Translations under genes and position numbers: made by a program
In this document: positions 54,278 to 64,000 of the stretch, piece after piece
How positions within the stretch are numbered: the stretch's first letter is position 1
How the letters are laid out: each line of letters begins with the position of its first letter
Notes under the pieces: generated by a model
The model's database searches: none
What the model saw: the letters and a program-made list of their open reading frames with translations, nothing else
Told to the model about the DNA's origin: nothing
Assembly: GCA_951406725.2 (NCBI GenBank)
Contig: OX597823.1
Location: forward strand, 60,388,001-60,452,000
Direction of reading: 5' to 3'
DNA: 64,000 nt
Source: Octopus vulgaris
Lineage: Eukaryota

Positions 54278-54975
54278 TCATCATCATCATCATCATCATC
54301 ATCGTTTAGCATCCGTTTTCCATGCTAGCATGGGTTCGACGATTCAACTGGGGTCTGGGAAGCCTGAAGGCTGCACCAGGCCCAGTCTGATCTAGCAATG
54401 TTTCTATGGCTGGATGCCCTTCCTAATGCCAACCACTCCGTGAGTGTAGTGGGTGCTTTTTACGTACCACCGGCACAGGTACCAGACGAAGCTGGCAAAC
54501 AGTCCACGATCGGATGGGCAATGGCTATGAACGGATGGTGCTTTTTACGTGCCACCGGCACGAGGCCAGTCGGGGCGGCACTGGCAACGACCACGTTCAG
54601 ATGGTTCTCTTACATGCCTCCGGCACTGGTATCTCAGCTGCAATTTCCATTGATCGATTTTGATTTTGATTTTGATTTTCACTGCCTCAACAGGTCTTCA
54701 CAAGTAGAGTTTTGTGTCTCAAGAAGGAAAGGTATGCACAAGTGGACTGGCTACATCCCATGTAGAGGCAATGGGTTATGGTCTCACTTGTCCTGCCGGG
54801 TCTTCTCACGCACAGCAAACTTCCAGAGTTTTCGGTCTCTAGTCATTTCCTCAGTGAGACCTAAAGTTCGAAGGTCGTGCTTCACCACCTCGTCCCAGGT
54901 TTTCCTGGGTCTGCCTTTTCCACAGGTTCCCTCAACCTTTAGGGTGTGGCACTTTTTCACACAACTATCTTCATG
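54278..54975 (-). mobile_element. RTE LINE 3' fragment
   Basis: Homologous to 62240-62540 and 44895-45660. Confidence 0.9.
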
Positions 54976-55206
54976 CTAATACAATAGCATTAATAGGATA
55001 AACTATCCATATAATGCAGAAAAATCATTACTATTGTATTAACATTATCATGTGTTTGAGAATAAATTATTTCTGTATCTTTATATCTCAATGTAAATAC
55101 ATCTCAACATCTCAATGCTTCTAAAGCAAACTTTGTTTACTTTCATTGTAAATTGAATAAATAAATATGTTTGTGTGTGTGAAGACCATGTATGTATGTA
55201 TGTATG

Positions 55207-55255
<49 letters not shown>

Positions 55256-55318
55256 TGTTTGCATGTATATGAGTGTGTGTGTATGAATATATATTATATA
55301 TATATATATCTATATATA

Positions 55319-55368
<50 letters not shown>

Positions 55369-55448
55369 AAAAAAATATATAGCATGGCCACAGCTCGTGA
55401 GCTGAAACTAGATAAAATAAAAATAAAATAAAATAAAATAAAAAAATA

Positions 55449-56473
55449 TCTATATACATAAATGGCTATTTCTGTCTGTTTTTGGCTGTGTGTGTATTTG
55501 TGAATTTGTTACTTTAAATCCTCCAAGACTACCCAACCAATCTTGATGAAACTTGACATGTGTGGGGGGCTTATGCCCATGCAGTCAAACACTTGGAATT
55601 TCAAAAAATTGATAATTCATAACCAGCATCGATTTTTCAAAAATCAGTAGGACATTTCAATGCAAATTCTCATATGAATGTTATTTTCTGCCATAACTTT
55701 CAACGTTTTCAACTAATTTTCTTGAAATGTTATACACAGATGGAATATGGACTGAAGATGGGTTAAGGCAAATAAATTTTTACCTAGGCTGCTCAAGCGA
55801 AGCGTAAGAGGATTTTTGATTAACTGATTAACGAAATTCAGCCTAAATTGTTGTGGGTTAAAATGTTCATCAATTATGTATTTTCTTAACACCTGCACTT
55901 AAAATTGTCAGGTCTAACCATTGCAATCGATATTTGATTCTCACGATCAGTGGAACTATACCCATGAAACAGAGTCATCAAATTAAGTGCATGTGCACTT
56001 AAAATTTTCTCTCAGGTTGCAAGAGAATTGGTCCCAAAATGACAAAAAGCGTCGTTTTTGTATGCTTTTTTCTCCTCCTCATTGCATCTTACGACTCTTA
56101 TGACCACCACGTTGCCATCTCAGCACTCCAGCTATTTTTGTAAGCATAAAATCTCTATTCTCTAAATGATTTTTTTGTTTACTTTTCAAACAGTTATGCT
56201 TATTTTTTTATCATAGTAGATCTTTACAATTCCCTTCTTGGTGTTTCCATTGAATATATAATTGCAAACAAATTTCCACTCATCTGATGGAACGATAGTC
56301 ATTTTCTGATTCCACATGTATTTATTTGTAATATTGTTTCATGAATGAATTTGCTTACACCTTCTATTACCTGTGTTATGTCTTGATTTCATTTTTTGTC
56401 TGAGAAAAATTAGGCATTGTAATGGGTACTGGGAATATCCCCGCTCCTGGGTATTACCGGGTACCTCAGCAAG
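55449..56473 (+). mobile_element. Putative non-autonomous Helitron-like element
   Basis: A|TCTATATACATAAA 5' end; subterminal hairpin CCTGGGTATTACCGGG followed by CAAG|T (canonical is CTAG); no TSD seen. Confidence 0.5.
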
Positions 56474-56520
56474 TATATTATATATATATATATATATATA
56501 TACCCATATATATATATATA

Positions 56521-56774
56521 TAAATTAGAGAGAAACAGCTATTATATAATTCAAACAATGATAAATATAAATCATACCATATAGAAAAAATAAAATATAT
56601 AAAACATTTACCTAGATCACAATAAAGTACATAATAATAATAAAAAACAGTATATAATTAATAAATAGACTATGTATATTTCTTGACTATATCTTCAATT
56701 CAAATACAATTAAATTTAAATTTAATCAATCCAAAAACAATTCAATTTAAAAGTATAATAGTGGTTTTTCTCTA

Positions 56775-56779
<5 letters not shown>
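56521..56779. mobile_element. Element with imperfect TIRs in (TA)n, related to the PLE-like repeat at 570-790
   Basis: TAAATTAGAGAGAAACAGCTATTATA / reverse complement TAAATTAGAGAAAAACCACTATTATA; decayed HHR 3' half ATATAGTCAA GAAA TATACA TA GTCT on the minus strand. Confidence 0.6.
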
Positions 56780-56866
<87 letters not shown>

Positions 56867-57160
56867 GTATGTATATATATCTTAGGATGCTTCCCTTTCA
56901 TAGTTGAATATATATGTATATATACAGGCACAGGTATGACAGTGTGGTAAGAAGCTTATTTCCCAACCACATGGTTCCAAGTTTGGTCCCACTATGTGGT
57001 ACCATGGGCAAGTGTCTTCTACTATAGCCTCAGACTGATCAAAGCCTTGTGAGTGGATTTTGTAGATGGAAACTGAAAGAAGCCCATCGTAACCATAAGT
57101 AAATTATTGGCAATTTTTTTCCTCCATCTTCCTTTTCTATTGGACTTTCTTTTGTCTCCT

Positions 57161-57195
57161 GTTTCCGAAGAAGAGGTTTGCTCAAAATGTAAAAC
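57161..57195 (+). ncRNA. Decayed hammerhead-like motif in an insert that splits a SINE A
   Basis: GTTT|CCGAAGA|A|GAG...CTC|AAAA|TG|TA|AAAC; two core substitutions. Confidence 0.4.
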
Positions 57196-57216
57196 TACCT
57201 TTTGCCATTTACTATA

Positions 57217-57262
<46 letters not shown>

Positions 57263-57437
57263 TGTATGTATGTATATGTTTGTGTGTCTGTGTTTGCCTG
57301 CCTACCATTGCTTTACCACCAACGTTGGTGTGTTTATGTCCCCATAACTTAGCAGTTTGGCAAAAGAGACCAATAGAAAAAGTACTAGGCTTACAAAGAA
57401 TAAGTCCTGAGATCGATTCATTCAATTAAAAGCAATG

Positions 57438-57484
<47 letters not shown>

Positions 57485-57736
57485 CTGAAGGATTAAAATC
57501 AATCAAAGGACATACTAAGTATGTCTACCTGCTAGAAATAACAGTCAAAACTCTTATTTAAATAGCCAAAATAAACTATAAAAATCAACTATAAAAATCC
57601 ACTGAAGGTAAATCGGGTTAAGAGAATCTCCCAATGTCCATTTAAGTATTTGGACTCACGTGGACCGGTTTTCTGCACTGGCAAAACTAGCCTTAGCTTC
57701 CTTAGCATGCATATATAAAAAAAAGAAAGAAAAAAA

Positions 57737-57784
<48 letters not shown>

Positions 57785-58523
57785 AAACAAATAAACAAAC
57801 AGCCACATAAGTGTAAACATGAGGAAGGACAGACTTTTCAAAATTGAAAGTAGAGTGTTGTAATTTATTGAAGCTTGAAATTCTATAAATCATTGCTCAT
57901 AGTTTCTTGTTGTCAATCATCAGACAATTATAAAAGCTAAAAAGGATATTTGATATGTAATGAGCTAAAAGTAAAATGTTTGAACTTCACATGGACTACA
58001 CCCAGTTGGTTGACAAAGAATAATAAAGTTAACAATGAAACTGTTGTTTGAAATTACATGTTTGACACACAACACAGAGTGAATTAACGATAAGCAATAT
58101 AGTAAGCATAGGAAGGAACACCAATGTGCAAATACATAAAGGCGACACTTTGTAATATTGGTTGATAGATAAAACGCAATATGCAGCCTGAACCAATATT
58201 TCCAAGCATAAAAGTGCACACGCACACACATACATGTATGCATAGGTATGCATGGTAAAAAAAAAAAAAGATTTATTGACAATTGTGTGTGTGGAAACTA
58301 ATACATGTGTAAGGAAATTAATTTGTAGTGATGAAATGTCTTTCATAGCAAAGATAAAAAAAAAAAAACTTAGTGTATTATCCTTAGAATTAACCACTTC
58401 ACTCAACTGATTGGAGATACATAATTACAAAGCAGGTACTTCAAAGAATGGCTACAGCAGCCAAGCAATTCTGATCATATATACAATAATTTCATTATTA
58501 TTATTATTATTTTTAATATTTAT

Positions 58524-58919
58524 TTAACCCTTTAACATTCAGATTACTCTGTCAAATATAATTTTTTTTTATTCAAATTGTTTTCAATTGATCATGCACT
58601 ATCTTATAGCTTTGAGGTTTCAATGATGTGATTGTTTATTTTTAGAATGTTATTGTAGCTTAGGTGTGAGAGGTTAGAGATGGCTAGTTTGAATGCAAAA
58701 CATGTAGAATATTTGAGCTGAATTTGTCTGGTTTAACCTTTTAGCATCCAAATTACTCTAGGAGTGGCTGTGTGGTAAGTAGCTTGCTTACAAACCACAT
58801 GGTTCCGGATTCAGTCCCACTGTGTGGCACCATGGGCAAGTGTCTTCTACTATAGCCTCGGGCCAACCAAAACCACATGAGTGGATTTAGTAAGCGGAAA
58901 CTGAAAGAAGCCTGCCATA

Positions 58920-58974
<55 letters not shown>

Positions 58975-59410
58975 ATATATATGTATGTGTGCGTATATGT
59001 TTGTGTGTCTGTGTTTGTCCCCCCAACATCGCTTGACAACCAATGCTGGTGTGTTTACATCCCTGTAACTTAGCAGTTCGGCAAAAGGTACCAATAGAAT
59101 AAGTATTAGGCTTCCAAAGAATAAGTCCTGGGATCGCTTTGCTCGACTAAAGGTGGTGCTGCAGCATGGCCACAGTCAAATGGCTGAAACAAGTAAAAGA
59201 GTAAAAGGGTATCATATATAATGCTTATTTAATCACATTGTTTTGAATATATCAAACATCATCATGTAGCTTTGAGATTTCATTGTTGTTATTGTTTACT
59301 TTTAGAATGACATTGTAGGGTAAGTGTAAGAGGCTGAATCTGGCCAATTTGAACATAAAACAAGTAGAATATTTGTGCCAGATATGGTCAGTTTAAAAGC
59401 TAGAGTTAAA
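58524..59410. mobile_element. Two adjacent TTAA-flanked (piggyBac-like) MITE copies, the second containing SINE A (58760-59210)
   Basis: TTAACCCTTTARCATTCAGATTACTCT start is repeated at 58732; related pieces at 13400-13465(-) and 47748. Confidence 0.55.
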
Positions 59411-60404
59411 CTGTGGTCATATTCAAATAACACAGGAATTTATGGGCAAAGACAAACTGCTAAAAGCAGACTTCATGCACTTTGTGTAACTGCCATCTGA
59501 CAAAGAAACATTTCAAACAACATTTTGTACTGTTAAATAATATTTCATAAAAATTGTTTTCATAAAATATAATTATTCATAAAATCTCTAAAGATATTTT
59601 AAAAAAAGGCAAGTTTCAGAATAAGTACTTCCACCATAGTTTTATTTCAATTAATTTTGTTTATTTATTCATTTATTTATTTCAATTCTTTTACGGATTT
59701 CTATGTTTTTGAAAACAACTTTAATTACTTTAAACAAATAATGGTGTTAAAGGAAAAGAAATGTTTTTCAAAAATTCACAAATAGTCGAAAAGAGTAGCT
59801 TTAAACAAAATTAAACCAAGAGAAATATATTCCTATATTATGATTTTTTTTTACCCCATCAGACACAATACTTTTCTCAAAAGGCCCACACTTGGCCTTT
59901 CAGAAGGCCACATGCAGTCTTAAAGCTGTTGGTTTTCCAATTTTGTTTGAAAGGAATTATATTCATGGCTCAAGAAGGATTGTACACAGAGCTTTTAAGT
60001 TAGAAATCTAGGAGAAATTATATAGTGAACTGAGAATTGAGTGCATTAAGTCAATTTAGATCGGCATAGGTGATTGATGTATTAAGAAGTAAATTTAAAT
60101 ATCTGATGTATGTATAAAGTAAACCTGTTCAGAGAAACATAAACCATTACAATACATTTTTATTAGGCACCCTGTATTTTTAGCAGTTCGGCAATAAGGT
60201 ACCAATAGAATATTTTAGGCTCTCATTAGAGTTTATGCTTTATGCTTTTAGTGTTATATTGAAGCAGCTTGGCTATGAGAGGAAGAAAGAAATCTAAACT
60301 ATTTATGCTATAACTGGATCACATAGGTGTTTTCATAAATACTTTTGAAAGAAAAGCCATTATTAACGTTTACATGTAGGCATGTCATTGAGTTTGTAAG
60401 TGCA

Positions 60405-60518
60405 TATGTGTAAGGGAGTGTATGTGTGTATATGAGAGTGTGAATGTGTATGTGATTGTATGTGTATGTATGTGGGTGTATGGGTGTGCATTAGTGTAAT
60501 TGAATGTGCTTGTGTAAG

Positions 60519-60549
<31 letters not shown>

Positions 60550-60618
60550 GTATGTGTGCGTATATATATATGTATATATATATATATACATATATACATA
60601 TACATATATATATACATG

Positions 60619-60652
<34 letters not shown>

Positions 60653-60655
60653 CAT

Positions 60656-60702
<47 letters not shown>

Positions 60703-60868
60703 TATACATATATGTACACACACACATATACATGCATTTGTATGTGTTTGTGTATGAGCAACCCACATTTTCACACTTATATATATATACATACTTATAT
60801 ATGTGTATATATATATATGTATATGTGTGTATATAATATGTGTGTATGTGTGTATATGTTTATATATG

Positions 60869-60925
<57 letters not shown>

Positions 60926-60980
60926 ACACACACTTATGCACTCACACATGCACATATATATATATATATACACACACACC
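60405..60980. repeat. Compound (TG)/(TA)/(CA) microsatellite
   Basis: Direct reading. Confidence 0.9.
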
Positions 60981-61705
60981 ACGCACAAATATGCAAGCAC
61001 GTATAGTTAGGAGTTAATGCAAGTTACAAATGCCTATTACATCTTATAAATTAAAGTATAAATAGCTAAATCTCAGTATTTACAGGATTATTTGTATCTA
61101 TTCTTGTAATGCCCTCATTCTTGGACTAGCTAATCTACTATAAATTCTCTGTTTATTTACTGCACAAGAGTCCTTGCTACACATGCACTGAGTACAAAAT
61201 ATCAGACTAAGCACTCTTCAAAATAAGATTTCTCTGTTTCCTTCTCTAATAGACTTTTGAGTTCAACTCCAGTACATTCGTTGTATTGATTTTTAGGATG
61301 TACTTTAATAATAGATCAAATATGTTCCTATCTCATACTTAGTAATATCATTTAATAGGATAAATTATCAAATAGTATTGCAAATGTATTTCTATTAATC
61401 TTACATTTTGGATGTTGAATCCATGAAACTTAAATCTTGTCATGTTATGTTAAGAGATGTGTGAAAAAGCTCAAATTGAATGGAACGTTAGTGAATTTGG
61501 CTAAGGCTAAGGTGCTAAATAATAACCATGGTTTCCTGGCGGTTTTATAGTAACAAGAACTAGTCTTGTTCTATGTGTTAGAAAATCACAGGAAGAAATT
61601 AAAACAAATGTTATTCCAAGCTACCACCTAAATATATATATATAAGGTGATGCTCCAGTATGGCCACAGTCAAATGACTGAAACAAGTAGAAGAATAAAA
61701 GAATA

Positions 61706-61759
<54 letters not shown>

Positions 61760-61887
61760 GTATATATATATAATATATATGTATATATATATAATATATA
61801 TGTATATATATATAATATGTATGTATATATATATATAATATGTATGTATATATATATAATATATATGTATATATATATAATATATAT

Positions 61888-62698
61888 GTGGGTGTGCTGA
61901 AAGTGTAACTGCTAGAGTAAGAATAGCTTGGGCAAAGTTCAGAGAGCTCTTACCTCTGCTGGTGACAAAAGGCCTCTCGCACAGAGTGAAAGGCAGACTG
62001 TATGATGCGTGTGTACGAACAGCCATGCTACATGGCAGTGAAACATGGGCCGTGACTGCTGAGGATATGCGTAAGCTCGCTAGAAATGAAGCCAGTATGC
62101 TCCGATGGATGTGTAATGCCGGTACTCACACTCGGCAGAGTGTAAGTACCTTGAGAGAAAAGCTGGACCTAAGAAGCATCAGTTGTGGTGTGCAAGAGAG
62201 ACGTTTGCGCTGGTATGGTCATGTGGCGAGAATGGATGAAGATAGTTGTGTGAAAAAGTGCCACACCCTAGCGGTTGAGGGAACCTGTGGAAGAGGCAGA
62301 CCCAGGAAAACCTGGGACGAGGTGGTGAAGCACGACCTTCGAACTTTAGGTCTCACTGAGGAAATGACTAGAGACCGAGACCTCTGGAAGTGTGCTGTGC
62401 GCGAGAAGACCCGGCAGGACAAGTGAGTCCATAACCCATGGCCTTCTACATGGGATGGAGCCGGCCTACGTATGCATACCTTCCCTTCTTGGGACACAAA
62501 ACTCTACTTGTGAAGACGTGTTGAGGCAAGTGAGGATCAGATAATATATATGTATATATATATATAATATATGTATATATATATAATATCTGGCACCAGT
62601 GCGGGTGGCACGTAAAAAGCACCCACTACACTCACGGAGTGGTTGGCATTAGGAAGGGCATCCAGCCGTAGAAACACTGCCAGATTTGACTGGGCCTG
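61888..62698 (+). mobile_element. RTE-clade LINE ORF2 C-terminus and 3' UTR, well preserved
   Basis: ORF 61962-62426 KGRLYDACVRTAMLHGSETW...RRLRWYGHVARM...RGRPRKTW. Confidence 0.9.
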
Positions 62699-62752
62699 AT
62701 ATGAATAAATGAAAGAATGGAGTCGAACGAAGATATTAACAAAATTCCTTTA

Positions 62753-62834
62753 CTCTCGACACATGTTTCAAAGACAGCATGTTTTCATTCCAAAGGAATA
62801 AAGGGTGCATTATGCAATCTTCTCATCAGGAAAG
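62753..62834 (-). ncRNA. Minimal type I hammerhead ribozyme in the PLE pseudo-LTR
   Basis: Minus strand CTTTC|CTGATGA|GAAGA...TCTTT|GAAA|CATGTG|TC|GAGAG; the inverted copy has TCTTC GAAA CATGTG TC GAGAG. Confidence 0.85.
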
Positions 62835-63113
62835 AAAGGGACCCTCTCTCGACAACAAGACAAACAAAAATTTCGATGATTGCCTACATGGTAAACAAAG
62901 TGATAATGAGTGTTTTTTTAAAAAAACCGTTAGAAGAATTGACGTCAAAAATAGATAGTAGGAAGAGAAGGGATAAAGTAATAATAGGTAGGGAACAAGT
63001 GGAGAGGGAAGAGTACATTGATTGAAAGAATGTTCGAAGGCTTAGGAAAGAATTTCTCTATAGAAGTGGGGTGGACGTAAAGCTAATTGTTCAAACCACA
63101 GTGACTATCGTTA

Positions 63114-63660
63114 TCATTTATATTTATATGAGTAGAAAGTGTGTTTCTGCCAGTGTTTACATTTGTATGATTTTTCTATGAGTGTGTTTACTAGGGGAAC
63201 CTTAGAGAAAAGAATATGGAAGAGTTCAGAGTTACAAATGTTACAAAATCTCCTGCCCTTATCAAAAGGAAAGGATACAGACAGTATGAACCAATCTAAC
63301 TTGAAAATTATATTGTTGTCTTTAAGACGCCAAACTAATTTACTTAGCCCTGTACTATGTCGTTTTTTACTATCCCTAAATGCTGAGTAGTGGTTTGAAA
63401 TTCTCTTGGATAACTGGGAAGTGGACGCTCCTATATAGAAGAAGACATCGGTACCGGAAGAAATTCTACGCTGGTAAATAGAATTCTTAATCTTAAAATT
63501 ACTACACAAAAATTTAATTCTGTTGGGGTTGTCCTCCGAGATCGAAACGAAGTTTTTATTGTTATGATTGTTGTTACTATTATTATTAGCGCTAACAACT
63601 ACACTATTTCTATTATTATTACTATTATTAATGGTATTACAACCAGTAATACCACCCTTT
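63114..63660 (-). CDS. GIY-YIG endonuclease domain of a PLE (truncated ORF)
   Basis: NSIYQ...FYIGASTSQLSKRISNH...STGLSKLVW...CNICNSE...N...CKH; open frame. The annotated start at 63695 falls inside the inverted repeat. Confidence 0.85.
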
Positions 63661-64000
63661 ATAATGCACCCTTTATTCCTTTGGAATGAAAACATGCTGT
63701 CTTCGAAACATGTGTCGAGAGTAAAGGAATTTTGTTAACATCTTCGTTCAACTCCATTCTTTCATTTATTCATATACAACACAAAAATTTCTACACATGA
63801 ACCCGGAGTTTCTACCCTTGACAGGTCGCTTCAACCGTGTTTCTGACGTGAATTTGCTACCCAGGTTTCGGTTAAACGAATTTTCCATGCTGACGATAAA
63901 CATAGGATAATTCATTCACCTACTTATATATAATATATATATATGTTGTATTTCAGGATGGTCGTTTCTTTCTTGCCAAATAAACACATGCACTATATAT

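Larger units (their letters stand above)
62700..63930 (-). mobile_element. 5'-truncated Penelope-like element with an inverted pseudo-LTR
   Basis: GIY-YIG ORF, downstream HHR, and 62700-62813 is the inverted copy of 63661-63776. Confidence 0.85.

Noticed and set aside
55713-55898. ORF with FRLNFVNQLI and HLCIT, reminiscent of a piggyBac C-terminus
   Set aside because: The expected Cys pattern and DDD core are absent; too short to separate from chance
57900-58450. Non-repetitive stretches as possible host exons (also 35130-35340 and 37950-38640)
   Set aside because: No convincing open frame with splice signals or recognisable protein; small exons cannot be excluded without RNA-seq

Overview
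AT-rich, microsatellite-dense animal genomic DNA. The repeat repertoire suggests an octopus-like cephalopod; this is inference, not a database result. I found no host protein-coding exon, so the window looks like intergenic DNA or a large intron. It is a mosaic of tRNA-derived SINEs, LINE fragments (R4/Dong, RTE, CR1-like, Tx1/L1, and an ORF1-only insert), DNA-transposon remnants and MITEs (piggyBac, mariner, hAT, a Helitron-like element, a foldback-like element) and Penelope-like element (PLE) remnants. The main signal is a set of at least six foldable minimal type I hammerhead ribozyme (HHR) motifs, plus decayed copies, from different repeat families. They span three covarying forms of the core 3-8 pair (C3-G8, U3-A8, G3-C8) and carry different palindromic stem III sequences. 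One lies in a GIY-YIG PLE with an inverted pseudo-LTR and one is nested inside another HHR. All folds were made by eye, cleavage activity is untested, and repeat boundaries are approximate.
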